Below, piece by piece: positions 38,525 through 50,300 of a stretch of DNA of 64,000 nucleotides. The DNA comes from Acidobacteriota bacterium (GTDB lineage: Bacteria > Acidobacteriota > UBA6911 > RPQK01 > JAJDTT01). A program made the translations under genes and the position numbers. The DNA lies in NCBI GenBank assembly GCA_965209055.1, contig OZ242374.1:3776001-3840000 (forward strand), in the 5' to 3' direction. The notes beneath the pieces are model-generated. The model did no database searches and was not told where the DNA came from. It saw nothing but the letters and a program-made list of their open reading frames with translations. Numbering within the stretch: the first letter of the stretch is position 1; each line of letters begins with the position of its first letter.

Positions 38525-39766
38525 CTATTTGATCCCCGGCGTGATGACAGCTACGGATCCCGTCGTTGTGTTCTGCAACAGACCGGCCACCGTGAAGAGT
38601 CCGCCCTCCGTGCTCCGAATGATAGCGTGCCCGGCGAATGCGGTCCGGGCACCCAACACATCAGGGAACAATGGGGCCTCGTCAAGGTAGCGGGCAAGAT
38701 GTTGACCGGGTTCGAGAGTGAGATCAATACGCGCGATGCCGCTCCCGTCAGCAACGTGGAGCACAATTTCCAAATCGACAGTTTCTTCCAGGTTGGGATT
38801 GAATAGGGCGATGCCGGTGTTTTCCTCCGCCGACTTGCTGACAAAGACCGTGGCCTCGGCCGTCGGCTTCGCGGCTGGGACCGAGACCCGGTGTCCCAGA
38901 ATTTCGTAGACGAGGGAACCTCGCAGCAGGGAATCCTCCCCCAGCTCGGATACGACGGTCAGGGGTCCCACCTTCAAAGACCCGGCGCCGCTGGACCATA
39001 GATCGAGGTGACCCCGGGCAGGAACCGAATGGGCCTGGCTTTCGATGATTCCACCCATGCCGTCCAGAAAGCTGATGACCACCGGATCGTCCGTCGTGGC
39101 TGAGAGGTTAAGCAGAATCAGTCGAGAGCGGTTCGTGAAGCCTCCAAATTCACCATCGACATAATGGGGGAAGATCAGATTGGAAGAACCCGGCGGGCAG
39201 GCGTCCGCCTGGTCTGCGGAGCAATCCCGGACCACCAGATCGGTCGACTCGCATCGGGACAGAACCAATTCCAGAGCGTCGGCCTCCGCCTGGTCGATGG
39301 TCAGGTCGTATTTGAGGCGAACCTGCACTACGCGGCCGGCGAACCAACACCGGTTTTCGTCGGGCAGCCACTCGGCGGCATCCCGATCTCCCTTGACGCT
39401 GTTCAGGTGCGGACTGGCGAGGGTCAAGTTGAGAAGATCTCTGGAAAATTCCTTTTTCGTCTCCGCATCGGCCGAACACAGGCCGCTGTCGTGGGCCTCC
39501 GAAAGAGAGACCAGGTGCTCGATTGTGGTCTCGGACGTGCCTGCGAAGCAGCGCCCGGTGTAGGGCTCGTAAACCTGTTCCATCTCGGCGACAATCTCGT
39601 CTTCCAAAGCCGGAGGAACGGGATAGTCCCCGCGGTCGTACTCGGAGCATCTTTCTTCCGGAGCGATCTGGAGGCCTCTCCAGGACTGGATCTGATCAGC
39701 CCGATCGGCTCCGGCGATCCACCAAGGCGTATTGGTCAACAGAAGCGCGAGCAACGGTCGATTCAT
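38525..39766 (-). CDS. secreted HNH (DUF1524-like) nuclease fused to a beta-rich C-terminal domain
   Basis: Signal-like N-terminus; IEHLVSLSEAH..G, NL.LA...N..KGD.DAAEWLP, C.F and V.LKY.L motifs; C-terminal LIFPH...NTGIALFNP...PGQHLARYLDE. Confidence 0.8.
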   Translation of the reverse strand: MNRPLLALLLTNTPWWIAGADRADQIQSWRGLQIAPEERCSEYDRGDYPVPPALEDEIVAEMEQVYEPYTGRCFAGTSETTIEHLVSLSEAHDSGLCSADAETKKEFSRDLLNLTLASPHLNSVKGDRDAAEWLPDENRCWFAGRVVQVRLKYDLTIDQAEADALELVLSRCESTDLVVRDCSADQADACPPGSSNLIFPHYVDGEFGGFTNRSRLILLNLSATTDDPVVISFLDGMGGIIESQAHSVPARGHLDLWSSGAGSLKVGPLTVVSELGEDSLLRGSLVYEILGHRVSVPAAKPTAEATVFVSKSAEENTGIALFNPNLEETVDLEIVLHVADGSGIARIDLTLEPGQHLARYLDEAPLFPDVLGARTAFAGHAIIRSTEGGLFTVAGLLQNTTTGSVAVITPGIK

Positions 39767-39909
39767 TGTCTACTCCCCTCTTTGTGCGCAGGTCCTTGAG
39801 AATATTCGGGCCAGGACGCAGATCAAAGGGGACGGGAATAGCGTGAGATCGCTTCAAGTCGTCGCAGCCAGACCGGCGGTTTGGAGTGGGGTTATCATCC
39901 TCCGGTCCT

Positions 39910-40050
39910 GGAGGGGACAGGAATGTCCCCTCTCCTGTTTAAAACGGAGGCGATTTCCAATCGCCCGGTCTTCGTCGCCAAGTTGTCACACCGGAGTTCG
40001 GCGATTGGAAATCGCCGCTCCAGTTCGGCGGTTAGGAAACCGCCGCACCC
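39910..40050. repeat. composite cluster of four REP-like hairpins (types A and B, direct and inverted)
   Basis: GGAGGGGACAGGAATGTCCCC; GGAGGCGATTTCCAATCGCC; inverted GGCGATTGGAAATCGCCGCTCC; GGCGGTTAGGAAACCGCC. Confidence 0.8.
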
Positions 40051-40080
40051 ATCCTTCCGTGGCGCTGCAAGTGGCGGCGG

Positions 40081-40572
40081 CTATAGGTCATAGAATTTCA
40101 AGTCCACGTTCTTGCGAAGGCGGGTGATGTAGATGATCTGTCCCGTGTGGTAGGCGAAGTGTTCGACGACGTGGAGGACGGCCTGAAGTCCGGTGACGTC
40201 GTAGACCTGAATTCTGCGGGTTGTGGAAAGATCCTTTTCGGTCAACGATTCCAGTACCTGGGTTGCCTCTTGGACGGTTGTCTCCAGCATCTCCAGCAAT
40301 TGGTCCTTGGGAAGGGGGAGGCGCCGGGAGAACTCTGCCGGCCGCCGTCGCCGGTCCTCCTCCTCACCCAAGCCTGAGACGATCCATTGCCGGACGTTTC
40401 CACACAGGTGCAGGACCAGATTGCCGATGCTGTTGGTGTTCTCGTGGGCCCGCCACCAGATGTCCTCCCGGGAGAGGATCTCAAGACAGCGGCGGACCTT
40501 GGGCAGGTAATCGTCGTTCAGATGGTGGCAAGCCTGCGACAGGAAGTGTTGAGCCGAATCGTAAGACGTCAT
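40081..40572 (-). CDS. DinB/DUF1572 family protein
   Basis: NSIGNLVLHLCGNVRQWI, R.RPAEF and HVVEHFAYHTGQI motifs. Confidence 0.9.
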   Translation of the reverse strand: MTSYDSAQHFLSQACHHLNDDYLPKVRRCLEILSREDIWWRAHENTNSIGNLVLHLCGNVRQWIVSGLGEEEDRRRRPAEFSRRLPLPKDQLLEMLETTVQEATQVLESLTEKDLSTTRRIQVYDVTGLQAVLHVVEHFAYHTGQIIYITRLRKNVDLKFYDL

Positions 40573-40689
40573 TTCAGCCTCCGCTCATCTGCGATGCCAG
40601 AAGTGGGAAACGATTCGGCAGGCGAAACGGGGGCTTGGCAGACGCCGGAATGGGGGACAAGAATGTCCCCCCTCCTGCCCGATCTCGAA

Positions 40690-42153
40690 TCAGGACAGAA
40701 TCCCCTGGATCACGCTTCCGTGAACGTCGGTGAGCCGGAAATCCCGCCCGCCGAAGCGGTAGCTGAGCGCTTCGTGGTCGAGCCCCAGGAGGTGGAGGAT
40801 GGTGGCGTGGAGATCGTGGATGGTCTGGCGGTTCTCCACCACGCGGTAGCCGTACTCGTCGGTGGCGCCGTAGATGAACCCCTTCTTCAGGCCGCCGCCG
40901 GCCAGCCACAGGCTGAAGCCGAAGGGGTTGTGGTCCCGGCCGTCCTTGCCCTGGACGAACGGCGTCCGTCCGAACTCGCCAGAGAAGATGACCAGGGTCT
41001 CGTCCAGGAGGCCCCGGGCCTTGAGGTCCTTGATCAGCGCCGCCACCGGCTGGTCCACGACCAGGGCGTTGGCGGTGTGCCCTTCGAACAACTTGGTGTG
41101 CTGGTCCCAGGGATTGGCATCTATGGCCTCGCCGCCGCCCCGGACCGTCGTCAGCTCCACGAAGCGCACGCCCCGTTCCACCAGCCTTCGAGCCACCAGG
41201 CACTGGCGCGCATAGGCCGCCTTGGTCGGAACTGCGGAGTCGACGCCGTACAGTTTTCGGGTGGCCGGGGTCTCTCCACTCAGGTCCACCAGCTCGGGCA
41301 CCGAGCTCTGCATTCGGTAGGCGGTCTCGTAGTTCCGGATGGCCGCTTCCACCTGCGGGTGTCGGCCGGCAGTAGCCAGGAATTCCCGGTCCAGGGAGTC
41401 GATCACCGAAATCCTCTGTCGCTGGCGGAGGTCCGATTCCCGGGGACGGATGTTGCCCAGAGGTTCCTTGCGTTCGGGATAGATGAACGAGCCCTGATGG
41501 ACGGCCGACAGGAATCCGTTGCCGAAGATGTTGATGCCTCCCAGCGGGACCCCGCCGCTCCCCAGCACCACGAATCCGGGCAGGTTCCGGTTCTCGCTGC
41601 CCAGGCCGTAGCTGATCCAGGCGCCCATGCTGGGAAACCCGGCGAAGGGCGTCCCGCAGTGGAAATAGAAGTTGGCTTGGGCGTGGGACATGAACTTTGC
41701 GGTCATGGAGCGGATCAACGTCAACTCGTCGGCGACGCCGCCGATGTGGGGAAAAAGATCGCTGACGGGGATTCCGCTGCTTCCGTAGCGCTTGAACTCC
41801 CACGGACTGGGGAAGATGTTGCCGTCCAGGTTGAACATGGTCCGTTCGGTCTTGAACGGCATGGGCTCGCCCGCTTCCTTGTCCAGTCGGGGCTTGGGGT
41901 CGAAGGAATCGATCTGGGACAGGCCTCCCGACAGATAGCAGAAGATGACGTTCTTGACTTGAGGCTTGTGGTGTCCTCGTTTAGCGGCTAACGGATTGTC
42001 GGGAGGGGAGGGAGTCAGGCCCGCGTAAGCCGGGTCGGCCATGAGAGCCGAGAGGGCCAGCATCCCGAATCCGGTGGACGTCTGCCGCAGCATCTCGCGC
42101 CGGGAAAATCCGGACGGGAATGACGGCGAGGTGTAGTGCGGCACAGGCGGCAT
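40690..42153 (-). CDS. DUF1501 domain protein (Tat signal, sulfatase-like), copy 1
   Basis: SRREML; [49 protein letters not shown] and RLTDVHG motifs. Confidence 0.92.
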   Translation of the reverse strand: MPPVPHYTSPSFPSGFSRREMLRQTSTGFGMLALSALMADPAYAGLTPSPPDNPLAAKRGHHKPQVKNVIFCYLSGGLSQIDSFDPKPRLDKEAGEPMPFKTERTMFNLDGNIFPSPWEFKRYGSSGIPVSDLFPHIGGVADELTLIRSMTAKFMSHAQANFYFHCGTPFAGFPSMGAWISYGLGSENRNLPGFVVLGSGGVPLGGINIFGNGFLSAVHQGSFIYPERKEPLGNIRPRESDLRQRQRISVIDSLDREFLATAGRHPQVEAAIRNYETAYRMQSSVPELVDLSGETPATRKLYGVDSAVPTKAAYARQCLVARRLVERGVRFVELTTVRGGGEAIDANPWDQHTKLFEGHTANALVVDQPVAALIKDLKARGLLDETLVIFSGEFGRTPFVQGKDGRDHNPFGFSLWLAGGGLKKGFIYGATDEYGYRVVENRQTIHDLHATILHLLGLDHEALSYRFGGRDFRLTDVHGSVIQGILS

Positions 42154-42197
42154 CGAGTTTCAGTTTACAGAGGGGCCGCTTTTCCGTCGAGCGTCCC

Positions 42198-45100
42198 CTA
42201 CTGGAGATAGATGAAGCTCTTCAGGTTGAAGATAACGTGGGCAAGATCGGCCCAGACTCCTCGGTCCGTGAGAACCAGATGCTGCCGCGTCTTCCGCTGC
42301 TCGATGACCGTGTCGAGATACCCTTCGAGGTGGGAAGCCTCCTGGGCGGTGGGTTCCCGGCCCAGGGCCTTGAAGAACATGTGGTGGATGCGGGACGAGA
42401 CGGTGATGCTCTCACCGCCCGCCAGATGCTTTCCCCAGGACTCGGCCTGGTGCCAGGCGAAGGGACTGTTGAGCAGGGTCAGGGATTGGGTCGGGTCGTT
42501 GGTCTGATCCCGTTGGCCCCGGGTGCTGGCAGGTTTGGGTTGCCCGAAGGTCTCCAGAAAAGAGTTGTAGGCGTTTCGCCGAATCTCCTGGTAGATGCTG
42601 CGCCTCTCGGACCCGTCAGGGGAGCCCGACGGCCCGAGTCCGGTGCTCTTGTCCTTCTCGGTTTTGCGTTGGATCGGTATCGAGGGTCCGTACAGCGTTG
42701 GGTCGAGACTTCCGGAGATGCGCAGCATGGCGTCGCGGATCTCCTCGGCTTCAAGCCGTCTCAGGTTGGCATGCTGGTGGAGCCGGTTGGCAGGGTCCTT
42801 TCGGAGCGCCTTCGCGGAACCCTGGCTGCCCATGCGGTAGGTTCGGGAGGTGACCAGCCGGCGCACCATGCTCTTGATGGAAGATCCCTCCTGCATGAAT
42901 CGATGGGCCAGGTGATCCAGGAGTTTGGGATGTGTGGGCGGCTCGCCCAACTTGCCGAAGTTGTCCGTGGTGCGCACCAGGCCGTATCCGAACAGGTAGC
43001 GCCAGATCCGGTTTACCATCACCCTGGAGGTCAGGGGGTTGTCGGTGGCGGTGAGGTCCCGGGCCAAGTCCAGGCGGACACGCTCCGGATCGGGGTAGGG
43101 AAGGCTTCCCAGGGCCGTAAGATAGCGCCTGGGTACCGGTTCACCGTGAGCATCCTGGTCCCCGCGGACCAGGAAGGGATGGTCCGGCGCCGCTTCGTCC
43201 AGGATGGAAGGGGCGCGCCGGGGAACCGGCACCTTGGACTCGACTTCCCGATATTGGGCCAAGAGGGAATCCAGGGAGGGGAGCCGGTCCAGGGACCGGG
43301 ACAGCAGGTCGGCGCGGACGAACGCGTCCAGATACGCGGCCTGCAGCTCGGAAGCGCCGCCGTCCCGCCAGGCTTCGACGGCCTCCACCAGGCGGCGGAC
43401 CAAGCGCTCGGCCAGCTCGGCGGTCGATCGAGGCGGCAGGCCGCGGAGCAGGTAGAGAACCGGCGGGCGCGTCTCTCTGGGCGTCTCCTTGGTCTCGTGA
43501 AACAGGATCCGGCTGGCACCGATGGCGGAACGGCCGTCGGTGAGCTTCTCCGCCTTGGTTCTGGTCTCGGCGGAGTCGTATCTGACGAGTGTGACGTCGT
43601 CCCGGGTGGCCAACTCGATATAGGCGGAGAATCCTTTCCAATAGGCCACGTCCCATTGGACCCATTCCATCCGGTCCGTTTTAAGGACGTGCCGCATGTG
43701 GTAGATGCCGCCTCGGGGGGCGGCGTAGTTCTCCACGATCAACTGGGCGAAGCTGAAGTCCGATCCGAGGACGCTGAGGCTGATGAAATTGCTGTCGATG
43801 GTGAAGCGGGGCGACTGGATCACGCCGTTGTGCTTGGCCGAAAGGAGATGGGTGTAGACACCCCCGGGATAGATGCCGCTGAGGATCCGTTTCCCTTCGG
43901 CGGCCACGGAGAACTCGCCCGGAGGGGACGGTTCGGGAGGAAGTCCGGTTCCGTGGCCGATCCACTCCCCGTAACCGGGGCCGGACAGATCCCAGCGAAC
44001 CTGAAACTGTTCCCGGTTGAAGCCTCTGCCGGTGCGGACCCGGTTGTCCCATTCCTCCTTCAAGGCGCCCCACTCCTGACGAAATTCGGCTCCATTCTTG
44101 CCGGCCAGGCGAATCCACGCCGCCAGGGGGCTGCCCGGTTCGCACCGTGTCTCCTTCAGTGCGCGGTTCAACGCCTGCTCGGCGACCGGGACTTCGGCAG
44201 CCTTGTCCCCGTCTGTTTCGACCGGAGCCGCCTCGGCCTCCGGGGCCGCCGGATCAGCGGCAGATTCCGGTGAAGTTTCAGTTTCGCAGGGAGAGTCGCC
44301 TGATTTATTGAAGGCTTCCTGCGGCGCTTCCAACAGCGTGGAGGTTAGCGCCGAAGCTTCCTGGATCCAGATTTCAGCCAGCTTCAGCCGGATTTCCTCC
44401 TTCAACTCCGAGAGCTGGCCCCGGCCCCAATCCAGGCGCTCCGGGTCGTCAATGGCCCGCTGGGTCGGCCGGGCTCCATAGAGCACGCCGTACAGGGCGT
44501 AGTAGTCATCTTGGCTGATGGCGTCGAACTTGTGGTCGTGGCAACGCGCGCACGAGATGGTGAGCCCCTGAAATGCCTTGGAAACGACGTCGACCTGGTT
44601 GTCGGTCCACTTGATGCGGTCTCCCAGCGGGTCCACCGGCTGGAACCCGTGCTCCACCATGCGGAAGTGAGCCGTGGCCAGGAGGGACTCGTTGATCCCC
44701 AGGGCCGGGTTCATCCGGGGCGAGGGGAGCAGGTCGCCGGCCAGGTGTTCCCGGATCAACTGGTCGTAAGGGACGTCTGCGTTCAGGGCCCGAATCAGGT
44801 AGTCGCGGTAACGCCAGGCGTATGGCGCCTTGGGGTCGCCCTGACTTCCGTGGGATTCGGCATAGCGGATCACGTCCATCCAGTGACGGGCCCAGTGCTC
44901 TCCGAAGTGGGGCGAGTCCAGGAAGTCGTCCACCAGGTTTACGTAGGCCCGTGGAGAGGGATCGGCGACGAAGGTTTGGACCTCTCCAGGGAGGGGTGGA
45001 AGCCCACGCAGATCGTAGGAAAGGCGCCGGATGAGCGTGTATCGGTCCGCCGCCGGCGCCGGTTCCAACCCCTCCTGCTCCAGCCGGGCCAGGATGAACC

Positions 45101-45617
45101 GGTCCATGGGCTGACGCGGCCAATCGGTGTCGGCCACCGCAGGTGGCGGGACGGACCGGACCGGTTGCCAGGCCCAGTGGCTGCGCTTGCGGGCTTCCAG
45201 GTCGAAGCCGTCGGCCGGCGCCTCGGAAGCTTGTTCAATATCGGGCCAAGCGGCTCCCATCTTCACCCATTCGATGAGCGACTGGATCTGGGCATCCGAC
45301 AGGGCGCCGGTGGGCGGCATCAGCGCAGGACGGCCTTGAACCCGTTGGATCAAGGAGCTCTCCTCCGGCTTGCCTGCAACCACGGCCGGTCCCGAGACGC
45401 CTCCCTTGATCAGGTCTTCCCGCCGGTCCAGGCGCAACCCGGCAAATGGCGTCGCCGTCTCGGCGCTGTGGCATTCGTAGCAGTGGTTGGCCAGCAGGGG
45501 GCGGATTTCTTTTTCGAAGAATTCCAGGGAGGCGGGATCCGTAGGTGCGGCCGGAGCGGCAGTCAGGCAGACGAAGAATGCGGAACCTAAACTCAACCTT
45601 GGCAATTGGCTCTTCAT
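42198..45617 (-). CDS. PSD1 / planctomycete cytochrome c (DUF1549/DUF1553) protein, copy 1
   Basis: [48 protein letters not shown] and PTHP.LLD motifs. Confidence 0.92.
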   Translation of the reverse strand: MKSQLPRLSLGSAFFVCLTAAPAAPTDPASLEFFEKEIRPLLANHCYECHSAETATPFAGLRLDRREDLIKGGVSGPAVVAGKPEESSLIQRVQGRPALMPPTGALSDAQIQSLIEWVKMGAAWPDIEQASEAPADGFDLEARKRSHWAWQPVRSVPPPAVADTDWPRQPMDRFILARLEQEGLEPAPAADRYTLIRRLSYDLRGLPPLPGEVQTFVADPSPRAYVNLVDDFLDSPHFGEHWARHWMDVIRYAESHGSQGDPKAPYAWRYRDYLIRALNADVPYDQLIREHLAGDLLPSPRMNPALGINESLLATAHFRMVEHGFQPVDPLGDRIKWTDNQVDVVSKAFQGLTISCARCHDHKFDAISQDDYYALYGVLYGARPTQRAIDDPERLDWGRGQLSELKEEIRLKLAEIWIQEASALTSTLLEAPQEAFNKSGDSPCETETSPESAADPAAPEAEAAPVETDGDKAAEVPVAEQALNRALKETRCEPGSPLAAWIRLAGKNGAEFRQEWGALKEEWDNRVRTGRGFNREQFQVRWDLSGPGYGEWIGHGTGLPPEPSPPGEFSVAAEGKRILSGIYPGGVYTHLLSAKHNGVIQSPRFTIDSNFISLSVLGSDFSFAQLIVENYAAPRGGIYHMRHVLKTDRMEWVQWDVAYWKGFSAYIELATRDDVTLVRYDSAETRTKAEKLTDGRSAIGASRILFHETKETPRETRPPVLYLLRGLPPRSTAELAERLVRRLVEAVEAWRDGGASELQAAYLDAFVRADLLSRSLDRLPSLDSLLAQYREVESKVPVPRRAPSILDEAAPDHPFLVRGDQDAHGEPVPRRYLTALGSLPYPDPERVRLDLARDLTATDNPLTSRVMVNRIWRYLFGYGLVRTTDNFGKLGEPPTHPKLLDHLAHRFMQEGSSIKSMVRRLVTSRTYRMGSQGSAKALRKDPANRLHQHANLRRLEAEEIRDAMLRISGSLDPTLYGPSIPIQRKTEKDKSTGLGPSGSPDGSERRSIYQEIRRNAYNSFLETFGQPKPASTRGQRDQTNDPTQSLTLLNSPFAWHQAESWGKHLAGGESITVSSRIHHMFFKALGREPTAQEASHLEGYLDTVIEQRKTRQHLVLTDRGVWADLAHVIFNLKSFIYLQ

Positions 45618-45658
45618 GGCTGACGCCGAAATGGGGGACAAGAATGTCCCCCCTCCTA

Positions 45659-47122
45659 TCAGGCCAGAATACCCTGGATCACATGCCCATGGACGTCGGT
45701 GAGCCGGAAGTCCCGGCCTCCGAAGCGGTAGCTGAGCGCCTGGTGATCGAGACCCATGAGATGGAGGATGGTGGCGTGGAGATCGTGGATGGTCTGCCGG
45801 TTCTCCACCACCCGGTAGCCGTACTCGTCGGTGGCTCCGTAGATGAATCCCTTCTTGAGGCCGCCTCCGGCCAGCCAGAGGCTGAATCCGAAGGGATTGT
45901 GGTCCCGCCCGTCCGTGCCCTGGACGAACGGCGTCCGGCCGAACTCGCCCGAGAAGATGACCAGGGTCTCGTCCAGCAGGCCCCTGGCCTTGAGGTCCTT
46001 GACCAACGCCGCTATCGGCTGGTCCACTGCCAGGGCGTTGGAGCCGTGCCCGTGAACCAGCTTGGCGTGCTGGTCCCACGGGTTGCTCATGCCCCCCTGA
46101 CCGTCGCCCCGGACCATGGTGAGCTCCACGAAACGCACGCCGCGTTCCACCAACCGTCGAGCCACCAGGCACTGGCGGGCGTAGGCGGCTTTGGCAGGAT
46201 TCGCGGAATCGATGCCATACAGTTTACGGGTGGCGGGAGTCTCTCCACTCAGGTCCACCAGCTCGGGCACCGAACTCTGCATCCGGTAAGCGGTCTCGTA
46301 GTTGCGGATGGCGGCTTCGACTTGGGAGTGTCCGGCGGTACCCGCCAGGAATTCCCGATCCAACTCGTTGATGAACGAGAGCTTTCGCCGCTGGAGGGGG
46401 CCGGATTCGCGGGGACGGATGTTGCCGAGAGGATCCTGGCGTTCGGGAAAGATGAACGAACCCTGGTGGACGGCCGACAGGAAACCGTTGCCGAAGATGC
46501 TGATGCCTCCGAGAGGGATGCCGCCGCTGCCCAGCACCACGAAACCGGGCAGGTTCCGGTTCTCGCTGCCCAGGCCGTAGCTGATCCAGGCGCCCATGCT
46601 GGGGAACCCGGCAAAGGGCGTCCCGGAGTGGAAGTAGAAATTGGCCTGGGCGTGAGCCATGAACTTGGCGGTCATGGAACGGATCACCGTCAACTCGTCG
46701 GCCACGCTGCCGATGTGGGGGAAGAGGTCGCTGACGGGGATTCCGCTGCTCCCGTAGCGTTTGAACTTCCAGGGGCTGGGCATGATGTTGCCGTCCATGT
46801 TGAACATGGTCCGTTCGGTCTTGAACGGCATCGGCTCGCCGGCTTCCTTGTCCAAGCGGGGCTTGGGATCGAAGGAGTCGACGTGGGAAAGCCCACCCGA
46901 CAGGTAGCAGAAGATGACGTTGCGAACCCGGGGCTGATGATGACTTGGCTTCGGGGCCAGCGGATTCTCGGGTGGGGCGGGGACCAGGCCCGCGTAAGCC
47001 GGATCGGCCATGAGGGCCGAGAGGGCCAGCATTCCGAATCCCGTGGAGGTCTGGCGCAGCATCTTGCGGCGGGAGAAACCGGGTTGGAAGCAGGGTGTCC
47101 GGCCGGGCGTCAGCGTCGACAT
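45659..47122 (-). CDS. DUF1501 domain protein (Tat signal), copy 2
   Basis: SRRKML and the same motifs as copy 1. Confidence 0.92.
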   Translation of the reverse strand: MSTLTPGRTPCFQPGFSRRKMLRQTSTGFGMLALSALMADPAYAGLVPAPPENPLAPKPSHHQPRVRNVIFCYLSGGLSHVDSFDPKPRLDKEAGEPMPFKTERTMFNMDGNIMPSPWKFKRYGSSGIPVSDLFPHIGSVADELTVIRSMTAKFMAHAQANFYFHSGTPFAGFPSMGAWISYGLGSENRNLPGFVVLGSGGIPLGGISIFGNGFLSAVHQGSFIFPERQDPLGNIRPRESGPLQRRKLSFINELDREFLAGTAGHSQVEAAIRNYETAYRMQSSVPELVDLSGETPATRKLYGIDSANPAKAAYARQCLVARRLVERGVRFVELTMVRGDGQGGMSNPWDQHAKLVHGHGSNALAVDQPIAALVKDLKARGLLDETLVIFSGEFGRTPFVQGTDGRDHNPFGFSLWLAGGGLKKGFIYGATDEYGYRVVENRQTIHDLHATILHLMGLDHQALSYRFGGRDFRLTDVHGHVIQGILA

Positions 47123-47167
47123 CACCATCCAGTCTACTGCGGAACCGTCCGCCGGTCGAGAGCCGGA

Positions 47168-47301
47168 AGGAGGGGCGATTTCCAATCGCCCGGTCTTCGT
47201 CGCCGCTCTGCTACGGGGAGCCCGGCGGTCGGGAACCCGCCGTGCCAACGGGCGACAAGGATGTCGCCCCCCCTGGTCGGCGGTTGGGAAACCGCCGCTC
47301 C
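47168..47301. repeat. composite REP-like hairpin cluster between PSD1 copy 2 and DUF1501 copy 2
   Basis: GGCGATTTCCAATCGCCCGGTCTTCGTCGCC is shared with 39949-39979; also GGGCGACAAGGATGTCGCCC and CGGCGGTTGGGAAACCGCCGCTCC. Confidence 0.8.
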
Positions 47302-47361
47302 GCTCCGCTCCCATCCTTTTTCTACCGGGGAATTGCCGGGCATGGGCCGGTGGGGGAGTTC

Positions 47362-50300
47362 CTACTGGACATAAATGAAATTCTTCAAGTTGAAGAGGGC
47401 ATGGGCGAGGTCGGTCCAGATCCGCTGGTCGGTGAGGATCAGATGCTTGCGCGTCTTCCGCTCGGCGATCAGCGAGGAGAGATACTCCTCGGCTCGGGCC
47501 GCCTCGAGAGGGGAGGGTTCCCGGCCCAGGGCCTTGAAGAACATGTGGTGGATACGGGTGGTGGCCGTGTTGCCCTCCCCGGCGGCCAGATGTTTGCCCC
47601 ACGCCTCCGCCTGATGCCAGGCGAAGGGGCTGTTGAGCAGGGTCAAAGATTGAGCCGGGACGTTGGTCTGGTCCCGTGTCCCGAGAGTGCTGGCGGGCTT
47701 GGGCAGGCCGAATGCTTCCAGAAAGGGGTTGTAAGCATTGCGCCTGATCTCCTGGTAGACGCTGCGTCTCCCGGCGCCATCCAGGGGCCCGGGCGGCACG
47801 AACCCTTTGCTCTTGAGCTTCCCGATCTCGTGGTAGACGGGAATGGAGGGTCCGAACGCCTTCGGGTCCAGGCTCCCGGAGACGCGCAGCATGGCGTCGC
47901 GGATCTCTCCGGCGTCCAGTCGTCTCAGGTTGGCATGCTGGTGGAGCCGATTGGCCGGATCCTCCCGGAGGGAATCGGCGGATGCCCCGCTGCTCATGCG
48001 GTAGGTCCGGGACGTGGCCAGCCGGCGCACCATGCTCTTGATGGAATAACCCTCCTCCACGAACTGGTTGGCCAGATGATCCAGGAGTTCCGGATGTGTG
48101 GGCGGGTCGCCCAACTTTCCGAAGTTGTCCGTGGTGCGGACGATTCCGTATCCGAACAGGTGCCGCCAGATGCGGTTGACCATCACCCGGGCCGTTAGCG
48201 GGTTGTCGGGTGAGGCGAGGTCTCGGGCCAAGCCCAGGCGCACCCGGCCGGGATCGGCGTAGGGAACGCCATCCAACGCCGTCAGATATCGTCGGGGCAC
48301 GGGCGCGCCGCGAGCGTCCTGGTCCCCGCGGACCAGGAACGGATGATCCGGCGCCGCTTCCTCCAGGACGGAGGGGGCGCGCCGGGGAACCGGCACTTGG
48401 GATTCGATTTCTCGGTATTGGGTCAGGAGTGCGTCCAGGGAGGGGAGCAGGTCCCGGGAACGGGACAAAACGTCCGCTCGAACGAACGCGTCCAGATACG
48501 CGGCCTGAAGCTCGGATGCTCCGCCGTTCCTCCAGGCTTCGATGGCCTCCACCAGGCGGCGGCCCGTTCGCCGGGCCAGATCTTCGGGTGAGCGGGGCGC
48601 CGCGCCCCGGAGCAGATAGAGCAGGGGAGGACGCGTTTCTCTGGGCGTCTCCTTCGTCTCGTGGAACAGGATCCGACTGGCGCCGATGGCGGACCGGCCA
48701 TCGGTGCGCTCTTCCGGCTGGGTTTTGAACTTCTTGGAGTCGAAGTAGATCTTCGTGACATCGTCCCGGGTGGCCAACTCGATGTACGCGGTGAATCCCT
48801 TCCAGTACGCCACGTCCCATTGAACCCATTCCATGCGGTCCGTTTTGGGGACGTGCCGCATATGGAAGATAAGGCCTCGAGGAACGGCATAGTTCTCCAC
48901 GATCAACTGGGCGAAGCTGTAGTCCGATCCGAGGACGCTGAGACTGATGAAATTGGTGTCGATGGTAAAGCGGGGAGACTGGATCACCCCGTTGTGCTTG
49001 TCTGAAACGAGGTGGGTGTAGACACCCCCGGGATAGATACCGTTGAGGACCCGTTTGCCGTCGGCGGCCACCGAGAACTCGCCTGGCCGGGACGGTTCGG
49101 CGGGAAGTCCGGCGCCGTGTCCGATCCACTCGCCATAGTCGGGGCCGGACAGATCCCACCGGACCTGGAAGTGCTCGCGGTTGAAGGCTTCTCCGGTGCG
49201 GATCCTGGTGTCCCATTCCTCTTTCGAAGCGGCCCATTCCTGGCGGAAGGTGTCGCCTTCCTTGCCCGCCAGGCGAACCCAGGCCGCCAGCGGACTTCCA
49301 GGTTCGCAGCGGGCTTCCGCCAATGCCCGATGAAACACCTGGCCGGCAGCCGACTCCGCGGTTCCGGCGCCCTTTGTCTCATCCGTCTCGACGGGAGCTG
49401 CCGTGGTCTCCGGGGACGCCGGATCATCGGGCGAGCCCGGTGGCGCCGCAGGCTTGCACGGAGAATCCGTTGGGTTGGCGAAGGCTTCGCGCGGTGTCTC
49501 CAACAGCTTGGAGCTCAGGGCGGACGCCTCCCGGATCCAGGCGCCGGCCAGCTCCTGGCGGATCTCTTCCTTCAGGCCGGTCAGCTCGCTACGGCCTCGA
49601 TCGAGACGCTCCGGATCGTCGACGGCCCTCTGAGTCGGCCGGGCTCCGTAGAGCACTCCGAATACGGCGTAGTAGTCCTCCTGACTGATGGCATCGAACT
49701 TGTGGTCGTGGCAGCGCGCACACGAGATGGTGAGTCCCTGAAACGCCTTGGAAAGGACGTCGACCTGGTTGTCCGTCCACTTGATTCGGTCTTCCAGCGG
49801 GTCCACCGGCTGGAACCCGTGCTCCACCATGCGGAGGTGAGCCGTGCCCAGGAGGGATTCGTTGATGCCCAGGGCCGGGTTTATCCTGGGGGAGGGAAGC
49901 AGGTCTCCTGCCAGATGTTCCCGAATCAACTGGTCGTAGGGGATGTCGGCGTTCAGGGCCCGTATCAGGTAGTCGCGGTAACGCCAGGCGTAGGGTGTGT
50001 CCGGGTCGCCTTCGCTGCCGTGGGACTCGCTGTAGCGGACCAGGTCCATCCAGTGGCGGGCCCAGTGTTCCCCGAAGTGAGGTGAGTCCAGGTAGTCGTC
50101 CACCAATTCCTCGTAGGCTCGTGGAGAGGGATCGGCGACGAAGGCGCGGACCTCTCCGGGGAGGGGTGGGAGTCCCCTCAGATCGTAGGAAAGGCGCCGG
50201 ATCAGAGTGTACCGGTCCGCGGCCGGCGCCGGTTCCAGACTTTCCTGCTCCAGTCTGGCCAGGATGAACCGGTCCATGGCGTGCAACGGCCAATTCGAGT

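Noticed and set aside
45659-49237. 1192-aa ORF suggesting a large DUF1501 fusion (likewise the 1324-aa ORF 42198-46172)
   Set aside because: The upstream parts are off-frame overlaps of the neighbouring genes. Signal peptides and the paralogue alignments place the real starts at 47122 and 45617.
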